Source of the DNA: a virus
UHGV virus genome: UHGV-1354005
Strand: one strand, 5' to 3'
Length of the DNA: 41,941 nucleotides
Shown piece by piece: positions 8,787 through 17,144 of this stretch. The notes beneath the pieces were generated by a model, which was not told the origin of the DNA, made no database searches, and saw nothing but the letters and a program-made list of their open reading frames with translations. Position numbers and translations under genes: made by a program. The stretch's first letter is position 1, and each line of letters begins with the position of its first letter.

Positions 8787-9473
8787 CTATTGAACTCTTT
8801 TTTCGGGTATTAGTTTGCTATTGAATGAGTAGTATTTTTTTGAGTAATTGTAGGTCTTGGAGTATTTAGAATATCCGGCTTTGTGATCATAGTAAATCTC
8901 ATCACCATAAAAAGAGCAGTAACTATATTCTTTTTTTTGATAAGAGTCGTTCGAAAAATAAGCAAATTTGTTTTTATCCGGTCTTTCGAAATTGCCATAA
9001 AACAACATCTTTCCTTTTTTCCAAAAAACAAATTTACTTGAACCTATAACAGAATTGACCATATCATCAATGCCTTCATTTGTTTCCTCGATATCTGTTT
9101 TTCCAAATGCGGGCAAAAACAGATAACGGAAGAACGTTTCACTGTCTGTGAGGTCTCCTTTATTTTTTAGTGATAGAATACCATTGTGGCAAAAATACCA
9201 ATTATCGCCGTTCCACCCATGAACATTTTTTTCTGAAATAGATCCATGAGTTTTGATGCGAGCGTGAAGAAGGACTATATAATCATTAGGGATTTTTTCC
9301 CATGTGGCTACAACCTCCTTTTTCAGAAGAGTTCTAATTAGAAATGCCGGTTTGTTGTCTTCATCCCCTCTTTTAAATCCTAGCAGAAAAAATCCGTCCG
9401 GATTATTTGTTAAGCAATTTTGAAAACGTTGATTGCCGATATCTTTCTTGATCCCGTAAGCAATTATACACAT
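8787..9473 (-). CDS. class-II glutamine amidotransferase-like Ntn hydrolase
   Basis: It starts MCIIAYG, with Cys2 as the N-terminal nucleophile after Met removal (cf. MCGIVG in PurF/GlmS). LLHARIKTHG matches HxRxxTxG. YFCHNGILSLKN matches the HNGxIxN oxyanion-hole motif. Confidence 0.65.
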   Translation of the reverse strand: MCIIAYGIKKDIGNQRFQNCLTNNPDGFFLLGFKRGDEDNKPAFLIRTLLKKEVVATWEKIPNDYIVLLHARIKTHGSISEKNVHGWNGDNWYFCHNGILSLKNKGDLTDSETFFRYLFLPAFGKTDIEETNEGIDDMVNSVIGSSKFVFWKKGKMLFYGNFERPDKNKFAYFSNDSYQKKEYSYCSFYGDEIYYDHKAGYSKYSKTYNYSKKYYSFNSKLIPEKRVQ

Positions 9474-9485
9474 ATTTTTGTTTAT

Positions 9486-9881
9486 TTATTGTTTGTTTGT
9501 TGCGTTTTTGGTGATGATATTTTTGATTCCCTCCATGAGAAAATGAGCTTTATTCTCTTCTTCGGGCGTTTCGTAAAAGATTTTTACGAAAGTATATTGT
9601 TGATATGTGGGATAGGTCATTTTGACTCCGTTTCTAATTAGGTAGTTGATTGTTTCTAGCCTTATTTTGTGAAATAGGTCTTGAGATAGCGGCCTATGAA
9701 AAACATTTGAGAATTCTAGGTTGAGGCTACCTATCAAACCAGAAATAGAGCATTCTAGCTTTATTTGTTGTCGCAACAAAGAGGATCTCTCTTTCTTTTG
9801 CTCTTTCATTGGTTCTTTCTTTTGCTCTTTCATTGGTTCTTTCTTTTGCTCTTTCATTGGTTCTTTCTTTTGCTCTTTCAT
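9486..9881 (-). CDS. hypothetical protein with N-terminal (MKEQKKEP)x4 tandem repeat
   Basis: 131 aa. A 24-bp nucleotide repeat encodes four in-frame Met-initiated octapeptide repeats at the N-terminus. Confidence 0.4.
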   Translation of the reverse strand: MKEQKKEPMKEQKKEPMKEQKKEPMKEQKKERSSLLRQQIKLECSISGLIGSLNLEFSNVFHRPLSQDLFHKIRLETINYLIRNGVKMTYPTYQQYTFVKIFYETPEEENKAHFLMEGIKNIITKNATNKQ

Positions 9882-9889
9882 TGGTTCTT
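9789..9889. repeat. perfect 24-bp tandem repeat, about 4 copies
   Basis: Plus-strand unit ctttcttttgctctttcattggtt repeated head-to-tail. It is read directly from the sequence. Confidence 0.9.
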
Positions 9890-9973
9890 CAAAGACCTAA
9901 TGCGAACATCAGGCTAAAGTAAATCAATAGTCCAAAAATAATTATAATTGTATCGATAATTATTTTTTGAATT

Positions 9974-11230
9974 TTATTTTTTATATTCTTCATATTTTTT
10001 TATAAGTTTTTTTAGCCGTTCGGTTCTAGCGTTCTCCATTAAGTAATTTTGCAAAAATAGTCTAATACTTATTAAATCGCTTTTATATAGATTTTGTGCT
10101 TCCACGGAATATTTGTAAATTTGATAGCAAAAATCTAAAATGGATTTTATAGAGATAGAATCAACAGTTCCTTTGCCACGTCTAAATTCTACGGTCTTAC
10201 TGTTCGTGAAATTTAGTTCGAGATATCTAGTATCGCAATAAGGTTGAAATATTTTTTCCAACCCTAAATCTGATGCCGCATTTGGATGAATGCCGTATTC
10301 CATTAGCCTTTGTATTTGTGGTTCTGCGAGGCAGTAACCACCATTTGTTCTTCCGAAAAGCTCCGTAATAAAATCATACGGAAAACAGTAAAATGCCTTT
10401 TTTAGCAAAACACAAACTTTTTTATTAAAATTAATTTTAGACAAATGTATGTGAAAGCCTGTTTCTGTAGCTTTTTGAGAATAACAAGAAAATCGAGGCA
10501 TGAAATCTTTTGTTAATATGTCAATCCCGCCGCCCTCTCTAATAAGTTCCTCGAAAGGCATAGGGATTGTGGTTATTTCTGTTCCTCCGTTTTCTTCGGA
10601 AAGACTTCCGTCATGTTGCAGGTAGAAGAAATTGGATTTATTCTCAAAAATATATTTATTCCGCGCATATACTTCTAACTCCAACCCTACAAGCGGTTCT
10701 TCTAAGTTGTCGTTGTCAGGACGGGTCCAAACATCCGGGAAATAGTGATAACTTCTTTGTCGTGTTGATACAAAAATCTTTGGAATGTCTGGATGTTCAA
10801 AAACGTCTTTTCTTGAGGTGAGTGTGGGTATGACGTATTCTGTTAGATACTCAATATTGTGCTCATTTAGTTTTTCCCATAAAATATTTTCAACAAAAAA
10901 TTTTAGGATTTTTACATATTCCGGTGAATATGTTTTATATAAAATTAAGTCAGGCGTTAGAATTATTCTGTTTTTCAACCGTTTATTTAATTTAACCATA
11001 TCGGAATTTTTTATTAGTCTGACGTTATTTTTCCTGTAAATACAACCCCTAAATTCTCTTTCTCCGATATATTTCAAGAAAGCGGTTGTTTTTCTTCTGG
11101 ATTTTGACAAGAATTTTGCATCAATATTTTTGTATGATACATCAGAAAATTCTTCTTCAAGAATTTCTTTGTAATTTCCTTTTACAAAAGAGAATAATAT
11201 CTCCAAAGATTTTTTTTCGATTGCGTTCAT
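9974..11230 (-). CDS. glutamine-synthetase-like amidoligase candidate (Amidoligase_2-like)
   Basis: Motifs appear in GS catalytic-domain order. They are GLELEV (ExE metal-binding strand), HDGSLSEENGGTEITT (acidic and Gly-rich nucleotide/metal region) and GFHIHLS (HxH). The protein is 418 aa and sits adjacent to the GAT-II gene. Confidence 0.45.
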   Translation of the reverse strand: MNAIEKKSLEILFSFVKGNYKEILEEEFSDVSYKNIDAKFLSKSRRKTTAFLKYIGEREFRGCIYRKNNVRLIKNSDMVKLNKRLKNRIILTPDLILYKTYSPEYVKILKFFVENILWEKLNEHNIEYLTEYVIPTLTSRKDVFEHPDIPKIFVSTRQRSYHYFPDVWTRPDNDNLEEPLVGLELEVYARNKYIFENKSNFFYLQHDGSLSEENGGTEITTIPMPFEELIREGGGIDILTKDFMPRFSCYSQKATETGFHIHLSKINFNKKVCVLLKKAFYCFPYDFITELFGRTNGGYCLAEPQIQRLMEYGIHPNAASDLGLEKIFQPYCDTRYLELNFTNSKTVEFRRGKGTVDSISIKSILDFCYQIYKYSVEAQNLYKSDLISIRLFLQNYLMENARTERLKKLIKKYEEYKK

Positions 11231-11233
11231 TTT

Positions 11234-11809
11234 TTAAAAAATAATACGGCTATTGTTGTTTTTGTTGTTGATTTCGGAATAAGCTTCCCACAATTCTTCC
11301 ACATGTTGCCTTGAATCATGGAGTTTTAAAAAAAGTTCTTGTGATAAATTCACGAGTATTCCTTTTTTATTAAGATTTATTGCACAATGTCGATAGTATT
11401 TTAGTGCTAAATTCTTATTTGACGTAAAACAACGTGTGTGTGGATAGTCGGATTTTAGGCTAGATCTTCTGTATTCCGGGAAATGCCCTAAAACTTGCTT
11501 TGTTTTGTAATCATACCAGTTTACAGGTTTCACTCCGACAAACAGAAATCCAACAGCAGATCCGCCTCCAGTTTTACGCATAATGGGTAGATAGCCGATT
11601 GTGTTTCCTTTTATTGTGTTAGGTGTTATATATTTTTTTACGATTTCGCCTGTTTTAGTATTTTCTAGAACTAGAAAATATTTAATACTGATTGATTTTT
11701 TTAAATATTCAATAATCTTTTCGTTGTTTTCACATTCTAACATTGTAGATACAAGAGGCGTTCTGTTTCTACAAGTCAAGTATAGTTTGATTATATATGT
11801 TGTATTCAT
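11234..11809 (-). CDS. hypothetical protein (island)
   Basis: 191 aa, AT-rich codon usage, in the same operon. Confidence 0.4.
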   Translation of the reverse strand: MNTTYIIKLYLTCRNRTPLVSTMLECENNEKIIEYLKKSISIKYFLVLENTKTGEIVKKYITPNTIKGNTIGYLPIMRKTGGGSAVGFLFVGVKPVNWYDYKTKQVLGHFPEYRRSSLKSDYPHTRCFTSNKNLALKYYRHCAINLNKKGILVNLSQELFLKLHDSRQHVEELWEAYSEINNKNNNSRIIF

Positions 11810-12242
11810 TTTTTTGTTTTTCTTTTTCTTCTCCTGTTTCTAGGAAAATTTTTAAATCAAGTTCCCTGTTGTTTTTTAACAAACTAAATTTTTGTTTGTT
11901 ATCAACATAATCAATACTTAATGCGAAAGCGTCATTTTTATGATAAACTTCTTTCTTTAATTCTGGAAAGGTGTAAATTGCGAGTTCGTTTTTTATTGTT
12001 TTTGCTAATGATCCGTAAATTAACAACCCTTTAAATTTAACTCCTACAAAATCATTGATGAAAACAAAGCGATTTCCTACCCTAAAAAAAATCAAAGAAT
12101 CTTTTTTTTGGCATTGTAGTCGGAGTGCGTTTTGGATGAATCCAAGATTTCTTCTTTCCTTTTTAGGAACTAGGTATAAAAAGTTTTTCCCTTTTATCAC
12201 CTTTGATACTTTAGATAAAAAACAATCAATATTTTCTTTCAT
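11769..12242 (-). CDS. gamma-glutamyl cyclotransferase (GGCT/AIG2)-like candidate
   Basis: FKGLLIYGSLAK resembles the hhhYGSL/YGTL signature of the GGCT/AIG2/ChaC fold. The motif is not N-terminal, so this call is weak. Confidence 0.3.
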   Translation of the reverse strand: MKENIDCFLSKVSKVIKGKNFLYLVPKKERRNLGFIQNALRLQCQKKDSLIFFRVGNRFVFINDFVGVKFKGLLIYGSLAKTIKNELAIYTFPELKKEVYHKNDAFALSIDYVDNKQKFSLLKNNRELDLKIFLETGEEKEKQKNEYNIYNQTILDL

Positions 12243-12525
12243 TTAGTTCTAACGTTTTAAAGTTAAACCTATATTCTCGATTTTCCTTTAGTGGACATTT
12301 CCGAAAATCGCTAATCAAATCGCCTTCCGGACGTCTTTCTATTCTGAAAATCAATCTCCTAGGGTGTTTGTTGGCGATAAAGACTTCTATGATTGAGCCT
12401 ATTCTCCAATCATCTTTTATCGCCGAAAAAAAACACCGAAGACCGTGATTGAAATTTAGATAGGAGGTAGGGAAGATCCGCCTTTCTTCTTGTGGGTTTT
12501 CAAATTCAAATTGATACACTTTCAT
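12226..12525 (-). CDS. hypothetical protein (island)
   Basis: 99 aa, overlaps neighbouring genes. Confidence 0.35.
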   Translation of the reverse strand: MKVYQFEFENPQEERRIFPTSYLNFNHGLRCFFSAIKDDWRIGSIIEVFIANKHPRRLIFRIERRPEGDLISDFRKCPLKENREYRFNFKTLELNERKY

Positions 12526-12528
12526 TTT

Positions 12529-12858
12529 CTAACGGGAAGAATAATTGATAAGCACTTCTTGCGGCAAAATAACTTTAGATTGAAATGATATTCCAATAAT
12601 CGGCAATATTGTTTTTTCCTCTTTATCAACTCTAAAATTTTTTTTGTTCAGGCGACAAATATATGAAAACTCTTCCAATCCCGCATCGATCAACACGCAT
12701 TTAAGCATTTCTCTTTCAAAAAAGCCACACATTGGCTTTTTTAGCTCATAAATAATTTCATCTTCGATTGTTTCTCTTAGTTTTCTTTTTATATTTATTG
12801 TTGTTTTTTGACTCAAAAAACAACTTAAACATCCATATACATCTTTAATTATTTTCAT
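12529..12858 (-). CDS. hypothetical protein (island)
   Basis: 109 aa, tightly packed with its neighbours. Confidence 0.35.
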   Translation of the reverse strand: MKIIKDVYGCLSCFLSQKTTINIKRKLRETIEDEIIYELKKPMCGFFEREMLKCVLIDAGLEEFSYICRLNKKNFRVDKEEKTILPIIGISFQSKVILPQEVLINYSSR

Positions 12859-13172
12859 TTTATGAATATTTCTTTTTCAGTATTTTTATAAAATTTTGAT
12901 CTTCTTATTTGTTCGGCATAACTATTTCTCATTGAAATAATATCAGATACCGGAAGTTTCATTATTTTTAATTCTTCAATATGTCGAATTTCATTAAATA
13001 TGAATATATTAAAAATTTCTTTTTTGAGCGCCTCTTTTTCAGAATTTTTAAAAATTCCTATAAAAAAAACTTTTTTGTTTTTCAGGGAAACAATGAGAAA
13101 AAAATCATCCATTCCGACACGTTCGTAACACTCTAGCAAATATTCAGTTTTCATGAGACATAGTGTAATCAA
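12855..13172 (-). CDS. hypothetical protein (island)
   Basis: 105 aa, with a 4-nt start/stop overlap downstream. Confidence 0.35.
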   Translation of the reverse strand: MITLCLMKTEYLLECYERVGMDDFFLIVSLKNKKVFFIGIFKNSEKEALKKEIFNIFIFNEIRHIEELKIMKLPVSDIISMRNSYAEQIRRSKFYKNTEKEIFIK

Positions 13173-13521
13173 TAAATTTGAATAATTTTTTGGGAGTTAG
13201 ATAGTTAAGAGGCAATCTACTTAAACAACATTTGTCTTTTCTTCTGCATATAATATCAAGCTCTTCCTGCATTCTTCTTGTTTGGATCTGCACCCATTCT
13301 TTACTTATTCTTTTTTTGTCAAAACATTCACAAGGTGCAAATCCATAATCCATTAGGAAAAAGGTGTGATAATTTTTGACAAAGTAACCTTTCAGATAAA
13401 ACGGCCATAGTTTATTTTTTTTGTTTGCGAAAAAATCGCCCTTAGATTTGGAGAAAAATACGTTTGGAAATATGTAAAAATATTCCGACTCATCATTCAT
13501 GAAAATATAAGGTGTTTTCAT
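13144..13521 (-). CDS. hypothetical protein (island)
   Basis: 125 aa, rich in aromatic residues. Confidence 0.35.
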   Translation of the reverse strand: MKTPYIFMNDESEYFYIFPNVFFSKSKGDFFANKKNKLWPFYLKGYFVKNYHTFFLMDYGFAPCECFDKKRISKEWVQIQTRRMQEELDIICRRKDKCCLSRLPLNYLTPKKLFKFIDYTMSHEN

Positions 13522-13808
13522 CTATTTAACCCCTCTTTTCTCATCTTGTTGACAAGCGAAGAAATCTCTTCCCCTCCTGCAATCACTGAAATTTGCCTCC
13601 CTGTTGCCACAATAGCGCCCCTATTTTCGCCGTCTTCATAAATAAGACTAAACGACATCACTTGTCTTTTACCCACGATTGTTGATAGATAATTCCCGTA
13701 CTCTTCAATAACTTCTTTTTCCGTGTTTAGATTTTTCAAACATCCTAACACAACAACCCTATATTTCGCTTCCATGTTTTTTATTCTTTCATAGCTACTA
13801 TTCATCAA
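13518..13808 (-). CDS. hypothetical protein (island)
   Basis: 96 aa, with a 4-nt overlap. Confidence 0.35.
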   Translation of the reverse strand: MMNSSYERIKNMEAKYRVVVLGCLKNLNTEKEVIEEYGNYLSTIVGKRQVMSFSLIYEDGENRGAIVATGRQISVIAGGEEISSLVNKMRKEGLNR

Positions 13809-14064
13809 AAACTGCGAAACAGTAAAAATAACAAGTTGCCCTTTCTAGCATTTTTGCCTCTTCATCACTGCATCCTGTTTGTGCGTAATCGTTCAAATTG
13901 CCTAGCATGCGTTTCCTTACGTTTTTCAATGTGGGATTCTTAAAATATTCACCGTCATCAAGGTCATCCACCATTTCAAGTGCGTATTTTCTTATCTCTT
14001 TATTTGCTCCCTTTAGTCTTTCATAGAGCAATGCTTGCCTTGTTTTCTCTCTATTGTATCTCAT
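13798..14064 (-). CDS. hypothetical protein (island)
   Basis: 88 aa. Confidence 0.35.
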   Translation of the reverse strand: MRYNREKTRQALLYERLKGANKEIRKYALEMVDDLDDGEYFKNPTLKNVRKRMLGNLNDYAQTGCSDEEAKMLERATCYFYCFAVFDE

Positions 14065-14431
14065 TGTTTTTTTTGTTAAATATAAGTTTTCCTTTAATGC
14101 TAAAAGCCGTTGTATAGTCTCCTCTTTCCGTTTCCTCCAATTCTAGCCCAGCTCCTGCAAAAACTTCCCTTATTATCTCCCTTACCTTCTCTTTCTTTTC
14201 TTCCGATTCTCTATTCGAGTTTCCGAAAAAAAACAACTCTAACGTGTTAGCGTATTCCGTAATTGCGCCGTCTTCTACAAACTCCATAAAGATTTCTTCA
14301 AACCCTCCCACTCTTTCGTTTATCTCTCTTATTGCCTTTCGCTTCAACGGAAATACGTCTAACAACGGATATCTTTCTTCTATCTGCTCTTGTGTTCCTT
14401 TCATGTCTTTACTATATCTTTTTTCTCTCAT
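14051..14431 (-). CDS. hypothetical acidic protein; first gene of the leftward island operon
   Basis: 126 aa and Glu-rich. It is transcribed away from the 1.1-kb control region. Confidence 0.4.
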   Translation of the reverse strand: MREKRYSKDMKGTQEQIEERYPLLDVFPLKRKAIREINERVGGFEEIFMEFVEDGAITEYANTLELFFFGNSNRESEEKKEKVREIIREVFAGAGLELEETERGDYTTAFSIKGKLIFNKKNNEIQ

Positions 14432-14439
14432 TTGTCAAT

Positions 14440-15550
14440 AGCTTTTTATTATTTTTTTTCTCTCATCAACTTCTTTTTTTCTCCTATTCCCCCTCTCTTC
14501 CTTCATACCTTTTTGTCAACCTTTTTCTTCACTTCCTCCTGTCATAACTTTCCGGGGGGGGCTTTAGGGGGGGGGACGTTCCCTCTTCCTCCGTGTTTCT
14601 TCTCCCTCTTTCTCGTTGCGGGGGGTTGTAGGGGTAACGGCTAATCACGTCGAACGGGACTAACCAGCTTGCCCTCCCTCCTCCTAAATCCTCCTCCCTC
14701 CTAGCTGGCAAATGAGTTCATCATTGGATTTTTCGAAAAAAAGGCCATTTCCTGACATTTTGGAGTAAGGCGTTGATAAAGTGTGCGCTTAGGCAAGGCG
14801 AAAAATCTACATGCGAAATGTTGACAAATTTTCAATTTTGTGCATATCCGATTGCCGCGTTGTCAAGCTTGCCTCTAAAAAAGCGGGCAAGGGCGGCTAG
14901 CCTCAAGCATCAAGTTGCGGTTAGTGATCCGCTTGACAAGGGCGATTTTTGCACCGTTATCGGTAAAACGCAACAGTTTTTTTAGTGGAGCGTGCGCTTC
15001 TTGTGTGCAATCTTCGTAACTCATTGATACTCTATCATACTTCGCATAACACACATAATGCAAAGTCGGAAGCCATAGAGGTCAACCTTGAATAACGCAC
15101 TACAAGCCACCTAGCACGCGCCGCCTTTCCCGGATGATATGTGTATCGGCTCACCTCTCAAAAGGCCCGTACAAGCCAACCTCGCAAGCCGTTTTTCGGC
15201 ACAACCGTAAGAATTAGAATAATTATTGCAGTTTTGCCTAGTTTCTCGCATGTTTCGCCGCACGCACGCAGACCAGCATGAGGCAAGGACGACGGCCATG
15301 AGAGGGCGCAACTACCCCTAGGCGCTTGGTGTGTTGCCATGCCATACAGGGGGCGCCGGGGAAAAAGTCGCGGGTGTTTTGCGCTGGACAAAGAAGGTAT
15401 CACGCTGTGTAATAGGAAAAAAAAGAAAAAGAGATAGGAAAAAAGTAAAACGGCCTATAGGGAGAAAACGTGGTTTGTTAGAGAAAAAGAAAAAGGAGTA
15501 AAAAAAAGGTAAAAGGAAAAAATAGTATGTATAAGGAGAAAAAGAAGTTG
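14440..15550. promoter_or_regulatory. divergent control region (early-left and late-right promoters; possible origin or ncRNA)
   Basis: About 1.1 kb with no convincing ORF. It holds a CT-rich tract, G8/G9/G6/G4 runs and inverted repeats gttgtcaagcttg and gcttgacaag. It also includes ttgacaaattttcaattttgtg. Composition switches polarity across this region. Confidence 0.5.
14554..14575 (+). other. G-quadruplex-forming motif (G8-ctttag-G9)
   Basis: The sequence reads ggggggggctttaggggggggg, so four or more GGG tracts with short loops are available. G6 and G4 runs lie at 14620-14634. Confidence 0.5.
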
Positions 15551-15551
15551 A

Positions 15552-16064
15552 TTGGAGAGAAGAAGAGGGAAGAGGAAGAAAGAAAGAATAAATAAGAAAG
15601 AAAGAAGGAGAAGGGAGAAGAAGAGAGAAATGACAGGGAAAGAGCAGATGGAAGAGTTGTGTAAGGAGTTGAGAGAGGAGCTTAGGAGTGGAGTGATAAG
15701 GGGATTGGGAGAGGGGTTGGCGAGGCGAGGGATGAGTCAGGCGATATTCAAGCGGATGGGAGGGCCGGAGGTATGGGCGAGGGTGAGCAAAGGAGGAGTG
15801 AGGAGGGAAGGAGGAGAGGGGAAAAAGGAGGAAGAGGGAGAGTTGAAGAAGGGAGAGCTGTGTGAGTTTTTAAGCAGGGTGATAAGAGGGCGGGAGCTAG
15901 GGATGAGTGGGAAGGAGAAGATGAGTGCGGTGGGGTTGTACATGAGGTTGAAGGGGTGGGACAAGGTGAAGGAGAAGGAGGAAGAGATGGTAGGGGAAGA
16001 GTTGGTAGAGCTGTTAGGAGGGAGTAAAGGAGGAGGAGAGAAGAATGATACGGAGGAGGGTTGA
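15552..16064 (+). CDS. low-complexity E/K/R/G-rich ORF (possibly a highly charged protein, possibly a compositional artefact)
   Basis: 170-aa ORF in near C-free purine-rich DNA. Its amino-acid content is that dictated by GA-rich codons. Confidence 0.25.
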   Translation: MERRRGKRKKERINKKERRRREKKREMTGKEQMEELCKELREELRSGVIRGLGEGLARRGMSQAIFKRMGGPEVWARVSKGGVRREGGEGKKEEEGELKKGELCEFLSRVIRGRELGMSGKEKMSAVGLYMRLKGWDKVKEKEEEMVGEELVELLGGSKGGGEKNDTEEG

Positions 16065-16099
16065 CAGAGGGTATAAGGATGAAATAAAGTAAAGGCGGA

Positions 16100-16807
16100 A
16101 TGAGAAAGAACAGCGAAGGCGAGATAAGAGTGAGGTGTGCGGAGGCGGAGCGAGGATTTCTGGCAGGGGTGAAGGAGATGGTGAAGATGAGGGCAGAGAT
16201 GGGAGTGATGCCGTGGGGGAAGCATGTATTTTATCCAAGGATGTTGCACAAGGCGAGGCCGCAGAAGGTGAGTGATTTTTTAGTAGAAGATGAGAGGTGG
16301 TATTTGAGTGTGAGGGAGGTGGATATGGAGAAATGGGGGGAGAAGCATCATTTATACCGGAGTGCTAGTGGGAAGTATTATTTGGGGTTATTGTTTAAGA
16401 GTACAAAGGCGAGGAGTGTGAGGAGGAAGATAAGCCTTGGGACGCTAGACGAGGAGGTGGCGAAAGAGCGGAGGGAGTTGTTTTATGAGGAGTGGGAAGG
16501 GAAGCATCTGACATGGGCGCAATGTGAGGGAGCGAAGTGGAACATGAAGGTGTCTGGGTGTGCGGTGATAGGGAGCAAGAGTGCGTTGGAGAGGAAGGCG
16601 AGGGAAATGCAGGAGAAGGCGAACCGGGAACAGGCGAAGGCAATATGCAAGGAGTTGGCATTAAAGCGAAAGGCGCAGGTAAAACTGGAAGGATTTAAAA
16701 AGAAGACGGAAGAGATAAAGAGGCGGAGGGTGTTGATGGTAGGAGGGGTAGAGAAAATAGGAGACGCCGTAGTAAGGAGGACGAAGAGAAAAGGAGTGGA
16801 AAGGTGA
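16100..16807 (+). CDS. hypothetical protein
   Basis: 235 aa with more diverse composition (W, Y, H, C, F) despite the purine-rich DNA. Confidence 0.4.
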   Translation: MRKNSEGEIRVRCAEAERGFLAGVKEMVKMRAEMGVMPWGKHVFYPRMLHKARPQKVSDFLVEDERWYLSVREVDMEKWGEKHHLYRSASGKYYLGLLFKSTKARSVRRKISLGTLDEEVAKERRELFYEEWEGKHLTWAQCEGAKWNMKVSGCAVIGSKSALERKAREMQEKANREQAKAICKELALKRKAQVKLEGFKKKTEEIKRRRVLMVGGVEKIGDAVVRRTKRKGVER

Positions 16808-17013
16808 AAGCTATGAAAGAAAAAGAAGTAGGAATAATGGTAAAAGAGAAGAAGGAAGGAGGGTTGGAACTGCATTTGTTTCCGAGCAAGGAGGCAATGG
16901 CAAGGTGGCGAGGTGAGGACAGCGAGCATGACGTGGAGGGGCGATATCAGGAGTGGGTATTGCCAGTAGAGGTATTGGAAGACCTTTGGGCGGCGGCGCA
17001 AGGGGAAGAGTAA
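16804..17013 (+). CDS. hypothetical small acidic protein
   Basis: 69 aa, with a 4-nt overlap to the upstream ORF. Confidence 0.3.
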   Translation: MKAMKEKEVGIMVKEKKEGGLELHLFPSKEAMARWRGEDSEHDVEGRYQEWVLPVEVLEDLWAAAQGEE

Positions 17014-17144
17014 AGTTTTTTTAAACGTCCGGTGCAAGTGGCATCCTCAAATAACAAACAAACAATAGAAGTTGGGTGGAGGCGAGGAGGCGTGGTGCGC
17101 GAACCGCTACGTCCCGGACGGCCTATGCCCAGCAAAGGGAAAGT

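Noticed and set aside
9789-9889. Possible CRISPR array
   Set aside because: The repeats are directly abutting with no spacers. They lie in-frame inside an ORF and encode a peptide repeat. No other regularly spaced repeats were seen anywhere in the window.
14332-14711. ORFs in the CT-rich tract (14332-14547, 14390-14644, 14529-14711)
   Set aside because: They have low-complexity Phe/Leu/Ser or Gly/Pro translations generated by a polypyrimidine tract and G-runs. They lie in an intergenic control region and are not credible proteins.
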